DNA of 63,989 nucleotides, the filler included, from Phoronis australis (Eukaryota; Animalia; Phoronida), in assembly GCA_002633005.1 (NCBI GenBank). It is 6 parts of 6 records of this genome, joined end to end, with 100 filler letters (N's around TTAATTAATTAA, not from the genome) between each part and the next. Parts side by side here need not be neighbours in the genome. Positions count along the whole stretch, not along the records: positions 42,153 to 58,723 come from NMRA01000608.1; positions 58,824 to 61,540 come from NMRA01002357.1; positions 61,641 to 63,989 come from NMRA01003723.1; 3 more parts are not named here. The stretch is one strand, 5' to 3'. Shown in pieces: positions 52,099-63,989 of this stretch. The stretch's first letter is position 1. Each line of letters starts with the position of its first letter. The position numbers and the translations under genes are program-made. The notes beneath the pieces were generated by a model. It saw nothing but the letters and a program-made list of their open reading frames with translations, was not told where the DNA came from and searched no databases.

Positions 52099-55000
52099 CT
52101 CATGGACTGCGTAAATTTGTTACCAAGTTGGTTGCAAACTTAAACTCAATTGTTAACTAACTTAACGAAATATCGCCAACGAAGAAAATTGAGGCGTCCG
52201 TGGAGTCTACAGAGATTCATTCCACTATCACAGGATGATTCCGCTATTCTTGTCTACTAGCGGTCGCCAGGAGCCCAGAGTCCAAGATCATCACATAAAG
52301 TAACGTCGTGACATCGACATTAGTGAATTTGAAGTAAACCATAACTTGAACGCGGGTAAAAAAACACAAAAAATAAAACTGTAGTTGATGTGGGTCTGCA
52401 TCCCGACTCGAGAGTCTTAAGGTCACTGATTAAAACAAAACACTTCCACCCGTATCAACTCTGGCCAATGTTTACTTTTTGAAAACCTGCACGAAGTCAT
52501 GTAAGCAAGAGGAAGCAATGTCTGAAACACGATTAGTCACCAAACAATGAGTAATTAACTATAAATGATGCGTTAGGCAGTAATCAAAATTTCCAAAGAC
52601 GTTGGATTGACCACAAACTTAGGTATAAGATGACATAACGAGCACAGCAGTTGCTGACCCCTGCTCAAAACTGGTTTGTACAATCATATCCAAAACACGA
52701 CTAGAGGTGCTGAAAAAAGCTGCAATTAGTAGCCTTTTCGTCCTTTTGTCCATTTAGTTATTATTTTACGGGATATCTCTTGAACACCTGTCCGGATCCT
52801 GATCAAATTTAGCACAAGTGTGTGTGTAGGACTTCATGCTAAAAATATGTTGTGTCCATTTAAACAAACATCTTACGAGTTGCATTGGCAGAAGGTTTCA
52901 GTTGGTCAATTCTTCGACTATCTGTATATATTACATATTCCTTAAAATAACGTGCAAGATAACTGCCACAATTATGGTAAAGGGTAGAGTTTGAGCCTGG
53001 GACTTTTTGGCTGTAAGTTCAGTTCAGTACCATCATATTACTCTGTGCTGTTTCATTGCAACTCGGTACATATATATGGTACTCAGGCCAGTGGTGATTT
53101 GATTTGATTACACAGGCCGGTGGGAAGGCCAAACTTATTGGGGGGCACAAACCATTTCGACGTCGCCAAATAACTACCTCATCACCACCACCTCCGCCAC
53201 CCCCTCGCCCCAGTGCTCTCGATGTCACCATGCCTGTACCGAATCTCCCACGTCCGCCCTAGGTGGGTTGCACAGTGGCGGATTTAGGGGGGGCAAGTGG
53301 CAAAAAAGGTGGACACTTGAATGTCATCAATGTCCTCCTTCAAGGGCGGATCCCCTAAACATGAAAATATCTTTATTTTCAAATATCAAGAAATACGCAG
53401 CAATTGCTATAATCTGTCAGGTCATCATTTTAACTCAAATGATATAAAGTTTCGAGAAAAAAAAATAATAAAGCGAATCAAATGATATAAAGTTTCGAGA
53501 AAAAAATAAAGCAAAAGTTGCCTCCGTTATCCCTTTCCAGAGAGGGGCCTCTGGAAAAATATAGTTTCGCAAAATTGATTTACTGACTTTAAACATCCAG
53601 TAAATTAGTACACTCCACAAAAGCTTTGCTTTACAGAATTTTCTCGATTTTTCTAAAAATATGTGTGCGTTTAGACGACCTGTGTTTCAAAGGCGGAGAC
53701 CCTAACGCCAATGTCCTGACCAGGGTCCTCGAAAGGTAAACCATGCACTGATGCAGAATTATTAAAGGTTCTCTTGAACTTTCTCTCGTATCCGTATTTC
53801 GCAGTCTTTGTGTTATCCACTGTCCCCGGCCACACGCCTATGTCTGGTTGCCACGGTTCACCCAGACGCCTGAAAATTTTGGAGACCCGTGCATTCCCGG
53901 CCCCCCGGCTTCCCCACGGCCCTGTTACAAAATAACGGAAGATCACATTCCAGTATGTTTGAGAGTCTTAGTTATTAATGTAAAACCAATGTCTGCTAAT
54001 TTAGATCCCGGTTATATTTGTAGATTCCGGGACAAACGTATGTGTGCACGTGTGTGTAAATACACGCACGCGTACATACACCGTACATATGATTTTGAGA
54101 AATATGCGCGTGAGCGCATGAAAAAAAGTTGTTTTTACTCCAAATTTCGAAAATAATTATCGATCTTGTTCGCTCCGTTCCAAAGTTGTAGACAAACAGG
54201 TTCACGAAAAATGTGTGGCTAACCTGTTTTTCTCGGGTATGACACATATATAGATGAACTCACAACGCCGGAGAGCAATGCCAAAGCTACTGTGTGATTG
54301 GTTAACAATGCCACGATCCAATGGCTTAGGCGAGCAGTTTCGCGATCGTTTACCATGTTGACGTTCAAAGCAATGCGCAAAGAAATTTTGGCGCATGGAA
54401 ACAAGTAACTTGTACTTTTTATACAAAATGAATGGCATCGTGTGTGATTTGTACAGGCACCTTTGAGACGGTATCATAAACGCAACGTTGACAAATCATC
54501 GACAGTAGAAGCTTAAATATCCTGTGCACTTTTGCCCAAGGCTACTTTGACTGCAACAAGTACCGGCTTGGTATTGTGTGCAAACTTGTCTTGTGACAGA
54601 AAGGTACACTGTAATTGAATAATCACTCGTCATGAATCGTCTGCATTGCAGTGAAGTCCAGTCTAACTGAACTGTCTTCGTTGCAGAGCACAGTGTTGGG
54701 TACGAAATTCTATTCGTTATTGGCTTACACTCTACTGAGGTTGAGTTGGTAAAATGGGCTGTTCATAAGGATACATTTGGATCACCGTTTGGCGAACTGC
54801 TGAATTGCAATGACATCATCGTGTTTGCTGTCGCCAGTGACGTGAAAAATACGAAATTTTGAACGTTGGTACAAGACTGGTTAGGGTTGGGTAAAATGTC
54901 TCCCGCATCAGCTTTACTCGTCTCAGAATCGTTTTCGTTTGAGGAAATACACTGTACTGCACAACGGAATCGATTTTCAAGAGCTCACACACCCAGTAGA

Positions 55001-55132
55001 ATGAATTATACCTTTTGACGCCCAACTACAATTCGTAGGTGGTATGTAGAGCAGGCTCCATTGGATTGACATCATCAGTCAATGTACTAGGTTTGAACAA
55101 GCAAACCGAGAAATTGTAGCAAATCCACTTAC

Positions 55133-55375
55133 GTGAACCGTTTCTGCTCGTTACTTCAATTCCGTGAACTCTATGTTTCCCGCTTAAGTCAACCCTCCAC
55201 CACGGATTTTCCAGGTTACTTCTCTTCAATGTGTGAGAACACGACCGCCGGTTCATGAAGTCTGTAGACCGGTTGCCGTCAATAGCTTTCTCGGCGTCAG
55301 CAGTCCAATTCAAAGATGTAGAATTTACAAGCCTCAAAGTTGACGACTGATTAGCTCGAGACACTGGTATTTTAC
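55133..55375 (-). CDS. N-terminal half of an F-type lectin (fucolectin/FTP) domain (ANQSST...AEKAIDGN...CSHT...NPWWRVDL...IEVTSRNGS)
   Basis: 243-nt phase 1-1 exon with gtaagt donor; QSS, AIDGN, CSHT and PWWRVDL hallmarks. Confidence 0.93.
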
Positions 55376-55859
55376 CTTAACGAAAAGGAAAAATTGATTG
55401 GGAAACGTTTAAATTCGATTAAAAATACATCTCACGTAGGTTTGCCACGCCTTGGAAAATGATACTTTTGAAAATTAATAATGTTTGGAAGCCACTATTA
55501 CCATATATCAGTGTTTATCATCTTCAAAATGTAAATTTAGTCAAATTTGTTTCTAACTGCTGGTGTTATTGTGAAATTTAAACGAAGAAAATTCCCATTA
55601 TTAAAATCAGTCCTGTATCTTATCTGTCCAGTATTTTCGTATGTTCCCATGTGGGACAGCAAATCATGCGTTGGGTTCAACCACAGCATCACTTACTTGA
55701 TCCTGATCGAATATCGTAATGAATGACCGTAGGAGAAGGTGTCACATTGATGATTCAGAAGCAAAGTACAGTATTTGGAAATACGCCACTCTTTGTTCTT
55801 AATGAGAATAATCCAGATCTCAATGGCACATCGATTAACATCGAAAATGAGTTCTTAAT

Positions 55860-56181
55860 CAGAGGTTTTTCCAGAATATTGAGTTAGAGGGGACAGGTCC
55901 CAGGAATAACCAGAATTTCTCCACATGCGCGCGCCCAGCCCAAAAATGGTATGGATGCAGGGGTCTCAAATTTTTGGGTTTGCGGACCTTATTACTAAAA
56001 GAAACGGTAAACGGGGTTTGTTCAAAGTCTTTGCAGGCCTGTTCATTGTGCAATCCCTCCCCGAACCCCGTGAATGCGAGAAAATGATACTCATCAATTT
56101 TTACCCCGAACTCCCAAATGGTATCTTGGAGAATTTTGGGGGGTGGGAGGAATGGCCCCTTGCGCCGCAAATCCACCACTG
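55860..56181. mobile_element. Second, inverted copy of the 9646-9929 MITE family
   Basis: Shared internal sequence (gaacaaac.ccgtttacc...) and CAGTGG.GGATTT terminus. Confidence 0.6.
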
Positions 56182-56607
56182 GATATAATATTAACACAGT
56201 GTTCAAAAGTAATTTAAGTTTTATATGAAACCTTCTCAAAAAGAGAATGTTCCACGCATAAGTAGAACGTCTTCTTTGCGCAATGTCTTACATGTACTTG
56301 ATAACTAGCATATTTATTCATTTAGTATCAGTTCGGCTAATCTCACTGTCCCTCCTGTGTGAAATTAAACACCAGTATGCGGCTACCACGATGAGAGTAT
56401 TTTACTCAGTAAATGCCTCAAAGATACCTGTAGGCCGCAGGAAGTTGAATTCACACGTGTATCTACACCGTGTCCTTCAACTTACTTTCATGTCTACTGA
56501 GCCACCTTGCTCTATGGGAGAAAAGTAACAGTCAGTTTCATAGATTTAAACATTACAACATGGGCTTAGTAGTTGAAATATCTGTTTTGTTCAGACTAAG
56601 TAATTAC

Positions 56608-56865
56608 CGTAATTGATATTAAGAATTCTTGAATACAAATTGCTCTTGCTTCCATTAGTCGTGAAGGCGTTAATGCCAGCATGTATGCGGTACTTTTTAT
56701 ATCCCTCGGTTATGTTGGAGCTTAATTCCTTTGGTGATACCACGTCTGTAGTGTAATACACGCTGGCTGATACGATGTCAGTGGCAAGGTCAACATTACT
56801 TCCGCCATACACGCGTACAATTCCGGAGCCCAATGAAGAAAGCGTGCTGAGACGGTAGAGTGATT
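56608..56865 (-). CDS. Upstream extracellular exon of the Tie-like gene, possibly the divergent Ig1-like domain
   Basis: 258-nt open phase 1-1 exon with cag acceptor and gtaatt donor; domain identity inferred from position only. Confidence 0.6.
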
Positions 56866-59800
56866 CTGCAAAAGACTGTAGCAGCTCACTAACTATTCAA
56901 ATATACTGTGCATATTCCTGCAAAAATAAGAACATGCAGTCGTACGATGGCGAGTGTCTTGTCATTGCCGCGGCACATTATATAATGCAGCTGCTACGGA
57001 CCACTCGTTGTCCCTGGATGATGCCACAATCTTGGAGGTTTCTGTTGCCAAGAACGTGGGACAGGGCACTAAAGAGTATCCCGCGCACACTGTGCCGTTG
57101 TTCACATGATTAGTCACGTGACATCTCAGTGGCCCGCCGAAGGCCTCGAGAGCAGGACGCAACGTAGCCAGCTCAATCCGTAAGTCCAGTAATGGATATC
57201 AACATAAAGATGTACTAACTTTTACATCTATTAAAATTTCATGTTAATCACATAGATATTCATTTACAGGTTTGTGTATGTAATATTATATAACTACTTC
57301 CTGTAGTTGGAACTTTTATATCAGCAAACTTGACAGACCTAGGTACTGTATATTAGTCCCCTTGATGAACTGTTTTTGTGCAGCATAGGATTGCTGGAGC
57401 AAAATTTCTCAGTACCTTTCAATTGCTCATTAGCAACTGTAAGTAGATGTGACAAATTCAGCAATGTTATTCACATCCTTTAAAGCCCTAGTTGAAAAAG
57501 CTTCACATGGCGCAATAACATTGGCATCGTCACTCCGCACTGGCTCAGTATGAAAAGTAGCTATTACCAAACTGAGTGGATTTTTTGACTTACTACAACA
57601 AGGGGCATGGTGATCGTTTTTAAAAGATTTCTATTTAACAAGATTCTGAACATCCCTCAATTTCAGAGGAAACAAGAAAAAAAACAAATAGCCAAGTTGA
57701 GAATAGCCTACACACGGAGAGTCAATAGACACACCAAAGAAAGTCACTTGTGTTTTCACTCAAAGTTCCTTGAACATGACTGTCCCAGTAAATCAATTGT
57801 GGGCACAGATGTTTCCAGAGTATTAATTTCGTCAATTTATTTTGATCAGCATATTGAGATGTCCTTCAGGTGTTAAATAATATTAATCTGTAAGTTCACA
57901 GTTTTTAATATGTACAGAAATAAAGAAAAACGAGAGACCACTACAGATTGGTTTAAAACACAAGTGAATAATTGAAACCGAAAAAATCTAGATCACGATC
58001 AGTAAGCACAGAGCAGGCTGCCCTGACTGTGAACCCGAAGAAGTTTATTTCCACTTAATATTCAAGAGGTAATATTAAGAAAGGCTTATCACTGTCCTGA
58101 CCGAGTAGCCAACTTTTGCTTGTAAAAATCACACATGCCAACGATAATTTAATCGAATAATGATGCTTTTCATCTTGCCGTTGAGACGAAGCTAGGAGGT
58201 AATGAAACGATGCAAACCTTGTCACCCGCTGAGCAAAATTGGGCCAATGCAATGTGTTTGCACCAGAAAACATATTACAAGAGTGAAGGATCCGGCCATT
58301 GTGCGTGGGTCTGCTGATAGCCCACCGTACCAGTCCTATCACCGTAATAGCATCTTGTGCAATTGTTTATTGTAACTGCTTGGACATCGGACCAGACGAG
58401 TAGTCTACATGCACAGGATCCGCTGAACAAGCAAGAGACGTTCAGCCACTTAGTTGCTCGCAAGTAACTATCATCAGCGGTATGGAGTATCAATATATTT
58501 TTGATTATGTGTGGACTCCTGTTAAGTTTTAGACTATAGTTTAAACGTAGTCAAGTATGAATAAGGGGCTGTGCAGTTGAGACTTCCATAGATTTAAGAG
58601 TTATTGCATGCTGCTTTGAATCAGAAAGGTTTCATTTCATTACTTTGAACAGCTTCTTATTTAATTTGAACTTTTCTTATCTAGTAAAAATTTGCTTTTC
58701 AAGGCCAAAAATGGAGACACCCANNNNNNNNNNNNNNNNNNNNNNNNNNNNNNNNNNNNNNNNNNNNTTAATTAATTAANNNNNNNNNNNNNNNNNNNNN
58801 NNNNNNNNNNNNNNNNNNNNNNNTTCATAATCGCATTGTCGCTGTTGTCTCTAAAACCTGATAACTCATTTGTAATTCAAAGTAAAGATTACACTTTTTA
58901 TTGTTAATGATTAATAATGTTAATATCAAATTGTAACAGTTAGAAAGCGAACTCATTGTAACATTTGATTGCAGAGCCGCATGAGCCTCACAAAACATGG
59001 AGTAACTTTATCAAGAAAGTCTTACACTAAAACAAATGTACAATGATTTACACAGATCTGCTAGCTGAGTGACCATTATTGCAGAAGTGGAGGTGCCTGG
59101 GCTTACATCAACAACTAAATGAAAATGCTTTGCTCCTCACGCGTTAAGTTCGTGATAATCTCAAACACTTTAATTCATAACACTGTCCTGAACAAATACA
59201 TGTAAGCTATATGTCGTAGAAGGCCTAAGCATTGATATAAACCTACTCGGGTTTCATAATTAAACACCTGTAGGATATCATGACTGTCTTCAGAAATGTT
59301 AGGTAAGCTAATAGGTTTCAGAATTAATACTAAAATTCTTGTTGTACCCAGGAACAAAACCACTTTTTTACCAAACTAAAGGTCTGATTTGAAAGTTTGT
59401 CACTTCTTAAAAAGAGTCTCTGCAGAAACATACGATGTGTGCAAACGTCCACGTTGCCAGCAGATGAGGATTCACTTGTCTGTCACTTGACGAGTGACAC
59501 GCCTCTTTTCAGTGTACTTGCATGGCAGACATGAGTGAGCTGCAGTCACTCCTCTCCAGTTACACTATCAATCAGACCAATACTGCGCCAAGGACTTGTC
59601 TGCTGCAAATGTAAAAGCATTGACTCTTTGCTTCACAATAGTTTGTTATGATGCCTAAGGTTAGTTTTGGGATTGTGGTGGAAAAGATTAAAACAAACTA
59701 AAAAAATTCACCAATTTGGGACAAAACTAATTGCCATATTTGACCTTTTTTCATTTTACATGGTCGCAAGTGCCAACTAAAGTTTTCAAAATTTTGTGTG

Positions 59801-61640
59801 GTGGTGGATATCATATGAAATTTGAACAAAATAAACTATTAATTTGGTGGAAAAATATTTTCTATGAAAAGAATGAGAAAATTAAATTTCAGCTGTTGGC
59901 CATATTGTGTAGTTCTACTAAAAATTATTTTTAGACAATATTTTTACTGCCACTAGATGGCACGCTATGTTTCATGATACACAGTGGTTGGCAATGCGGC
60001 ATTACTAATATCAAATTTGGCTCGTTGAAAAAGACACCATTTACACTATTTTCACAAATTGAGAATGAAGATTTTCATCAATCAAGACATCAGTGAGTAA
60101 ATAGGAACGTTTCATACATTTTCGTTTTATTACTGATAATTCAAAAAATGAAGTCTATTGCCATTCGACTGTTGCAGCCATTTTGTTAGAGCACTACCAA
60201 AAATTACTTTGAAGATTACATAGTTCAGGTTATTTTGAAAACACTTGATTACGTGTTGAAAGAGCATATCATTGTAACTTGGGAATAAGTTTAAAACTAG
60301 ATTGATTTGAGGTCTCAAGTTTTTTCACTCGAAAGTGAAAGTATCTTTTAAAGGTCACTTGACATTTTTGCATTTGCTATTTACAACTTAAAATACCACA
60401 CAGCGCTAGGTGAAGCCAAAACCACAAACTTTAAACTGGTGAATCGTGCAATGGAGTATCTTCCAATCACAGCAATTATACAAGTGAACTTCATTGGGTC
60501 ACGCCGGGTTACCAGTACACATGCGCGCCCCAGCGGGGGGGCTCAGAGAAACAAAAAGTCCCAGAAAACGAGACAAAGTCTACCAAAAAGGCGCAGACAC
60601 ACAGTTCACAAGATGGTACCCCGTTTTTTAGTCCTGATGCCTTTTTTGTCAACAAAAGGTACACATCATCAAAAATTCAAGCCCCCCCACTCCATGGCTG
60701 GGTGCATTGCATGCTACAGAGGCAACTCGCTATAGGGTTCCCACAAAAGGTGCCTAAACAATGGTTTACAAAGACAAATTTCACAAAAAAAACACTTCAG
60801 ACACATGAACAGAACCACCAAAAACAAAATTAAAATAAGAGTATTATCTTAAATAGTGACTGAACTTAGACAGCGTACCAGTAAAGACTGTTGTGAGTCC
60901 TCGCTCTCTGTTATCTCCAGTAGTTGTGAAGGTACTACGTGGTCATTGTTATCCTCTATGGACGTGTTGTGGACTGTGGCCACTCTGGCCTTGGTGAGGG
61001 ACGCTTGTGACAGCTATAAAATTAATGTAACAACCATTACAGGAATTGACCACTGAATCTGCTCCTTCATTTATTTTTGCAACAATAGTTAATAAGGGAA
61101 ACAGTAATTTACATTTCATCAGATAACTTTTTTTTTATTAAATCACTAATTAAAATTGTTTCTTGGGTTTTGCATATAAAATTCAGGTGTAACACCTATG
61201 AATGATATTGATCTGCCTAGTTGTAATCTGTCACAAAAATAAGAGGGTGTTATTGGGGACAAATAAAACAACAAGAATAATAAATATTTTAAGTTGTATT
61301 GGCAATTTCAGGGTCACAGCTCTACAAATAAATATTTCACAGAAGGAACCAGATGGGTTCCTTAATTACAAGAGATAACACACACATTTCCGATACCCAA
61401 AGTGTAATTGAGTATCGGCTACTAAGTGGCACAGGTTAGCATAGTACCAAATGGGTACATAATACCAAATGGGTATTGGCCGATTGCCTACCAACTGGGT
61501 CGAGCAAAGCGGCAAATTCAATAACAAGTACCAAGTGGGTNNNNNNNNNNNNNNNNNNNNNNNNNNNNNNNNNNNNNNNNNNNNTTAATTAATTAANNNN
61601 NNNNNNNNNNNNNNNNNNNNNNNNNNNNNNNNNNNNNNNN

Positions 61641-62224
61641 AACAACTAATTTCATTAACCTAATAGACCATAGGAACATAGGTTCAAATATCATGAGAAT
61701 TTACCTGCGGTGCTTGGTACCGCAGCTATAACCTCAAGTAGAATTTTGAATACTAGCACCCTTAATTTGCATTAATTAGGCAAATTTGCATTAATTATGC
61801 GTATTTATCATGCAACAACATGCAATCCAATTTCATTAAACTAATGAGTCATAAGGATGTAGGTGCAAATAACATGATAGTTCATCTGTGGTTCCTGGTG
61901 CCGTAGCTATAAGCACAAGAAGAATTTTCAAAAATGGCTTTCTTAATTTGCATAAATTATGGAAATTGACAATATATCCACCACACTTGCACTATCAAAT
62001 TCGTTGACTATGGAATCATGGGCCAGTGAAAACGTCAAAGTTATCTGCCTGCAGTGCTTGGTAAAGAAATTATACGCAAAAATAGAATGTTGCATAATGG
62101 GGACCTTAATATGCATATTTAAAAAAGTGTTCAAGGGTTGCAAACGGTCACCCCCCTAAATCGTGGTTACTTAACAGCAGAGAAAAAACTTTGTCCGGTA
62201 AATCCAGGTTCAGTCCCCTGGCTA
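61641..62224. mobile_element. Academ-like non-autonomous DNA element end with ~190-bp internal tandem units
   Basis: Repeated ttaatttgcat(t/a)aattatg blocks; terminus ...gtcccctggCTA. Confidence 0.45.
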
Positions 62225-62513
62225 CCGGATAGTAAGAGATATTATGAGATTGGTTTCATGACAGTAAATGTCTTCTTCGGATTCCATTGCTAGCCAGCTA
62301 AACAGGGCGAAATCTTATGCCAGAGCTTTCATTCCACTAAAGTATAGCTTACAGTAGTCCCTGCACAAAGCAAGGGACGCCTCGTAACCACACCCTCTCC
62401 CTATTAGAACAGGCCCTAACCCTAAAATCTGGTGGTCTGGGATTGTGGGCGGGTAATAGAGACGAAGACGAGTGACTAGAAAATTATGACCACCCAGGCT
62501 GAAAAAATGTTAA

Positions 62514-63410
62514 AGGCGAAGGCAACCTTTTTTCATGTCATTTTTAGCAAAAATAAAGTTCGTTGGTTATCCCAGACATATTTTCAACCTAATTATAGCT
62601 TATCGTAATTTAATTAAATATTCGTTCTCCACTCCGGAAGTGACGTTTTGGGAGGCAAGCATTTCGCGCCAATTTCTTTTCATATACTCTGACTATGAGA
62701 GCTGTCGAGTCAGTCATTGATCTACCTCGGTTGTGATAAGTTCAGTCGTCGTTTGCTTTTGTTTACGAATCAGTCAACATGCCACGCTGTTGCTGCGTAC
62801 CGGGATGCACTCATTATGGCCCAAAGCCTGTAAGCAGCCCTGCTGCGATGTTGAGTAGTGGGAGNATGTTGAGTAGTGGGAGTGAATACAGGTCCAGTCA
62901 GTGAAGAGTACAGTTCGTCGTTCAATGAACAGATCGCCGGGTGAGCCAAACTTTGATAAGTTTATTGTGGCCTTGTCTAAAGTATTGGAGCTATTTAGAA
63001 GGTGCCAGGTGGCTGGCGAGGGAGCCACACGGCGGCATGTAAGCAGTTTGTGTGCTCAGGTCAATATTCGGTGGGAGTGTGTCGCGGTACACTCGTCCGA
63101 GCAAATGGGACAATTGTTCCTCTGTCCGTGAGACGGTAATGAGTACATTCCGGTACACAGCAACATTGTGGCATGTTGACTGACTCGTAAACAGTAGCAA
63201 ACGACGCCCGAACTTATCACAACCGAGATAGAACGATGACCGACTCGGCAGCTCTCAGTCAGACTATATGAAAAAAAATTGGCGCGAATTGCTTGAGAAC
63301 GAATAATTAATTAAAGTACGAAAAGCTGTAATGAAGTGGAAAATATGTCTGGGATAACCAACGAACCCTATTTTTGCTATAAAAGACATGAAAAAGGGTT
63401 GCCTTCGCCT
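62514..63410. mobile_element. Kolobok-like MITE with long (~300 bp) TIRs and TTAA TSD
   Basis: TTAA|AGGCGAAGGCAACC...GGTTGCCTTCGCCT|TTAA; arms mirror for hundreds of bp. Confidence 0.88.
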
Positions 63411-63469
63411 TTAAGCCCGGGTGACAGAACTGTTGTGGTGACTGGGAAGGTGTTCATGTAGTTTCAATT

Positions 63470-63756
63470 TATACAGAATTTGTTAAATGCACGACACTTT
63501 TCATTGTTCACAGTCTTTATTCCGTTGCGTTCATACTTTCGGAACAAAACTCTACTCTCAACTGAACATAGATACAGTAACTGACCTAGCGACATAATTA
63601 AAAGACACTAGGTCAGTTAATGTATCTATGTTTAGTTGAGAGTAGAGTTTTGTTCCGAAAGTATGAACACAACGGAATAAAGACTGTGAACAATGAAAAG
63701 TGTCGTGCATTTAACAAATTCTGTATAACAGAAAACTTGCTCCCGAAGTACAGTCA
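63470..63756. mobile_element. Solo fold-back insertion of two inverted PLE pLTR copies with a 12-bp TSD
   Basis: Arms 63470-63589 and 63608-63727; 29-nt tail; TSD GTAGTTTCAATT at 63458-63469 and 63757-63768; same family as 19798-21958. Confidence 0.92.
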
Positions 63757-63989
63757 GTAGTTTCAATTGCTGAGGTCTCCAGACTAATTATGCAGGAATC
63801 TCGCATCTATTCGCCATATAGCAACTTAATTATTATTTCCGAACTGTTAGCCGTCGCGCTTGTCGATTTAGCATACTCTGCAACTAGATTTCAAACTCGT
63901 TTCAAATTGTTTAAAGGGAGACAGTAATATAAACCATAATTGCCGGAAATAATTGCCGGAGTAGAAGTAAGCACCTGGTAAACAATAAG

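Noticed and set aside
53671-53946. ORF GPWGSRGAGNARVS... as the missing second half of the first lectin exon
   Set aside because: Lacks GRY, LCEV and cysteines; begins with CAGGGCCGTGGG, which looks like a MITE terminus

Overview
AT-rich, repeat-rich genomic DNA from an animal, probably a marine invertebrate (inferred from intron-containing genes and the transposon repertoire). The scaffold has five 100-nt gaps carrying an artificial TTAATTAATTAA linker and one 723-N gap. Host genes I could reconstruct from splice signals: (1) five ~99-nt ankyrin-repeat exons (minus, 12.3-18.5 kb); (2) a complete 3-exon CKS1/CKS2-family gene (minus, 30142-31308, 80 aa); (3) one exon of soluble inorganic pyrophosphatase (plus, 40468-40586); (4) six symmetric phase-1 exons of a Tie/TEK-like receptor ectodomain (minus, 44649-56865). 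The most unusual observation is in that receptor: a kringle exon lies between the N- and C-terminal half-exons of a single F-type lectin domain, at the loop that normally binds fucose. Mobile DNA includes three families of Penelope-like elements (two insertions with inverted pLTRs and exact TSDs, plus minimal hammerhead ribozyme motifs), a CR1/L2-type LINE, a Ty3/Gypsy 5' end with a PNMA-like gag, several TIR elements and a Helitron-like end. TACATGTA is about 10-fold over-represented and appears as a 6-nt insertion at TA sites, consistent with Tc1/mariner excision footprints. All alignments and counts were done by eye; no database searches were run.
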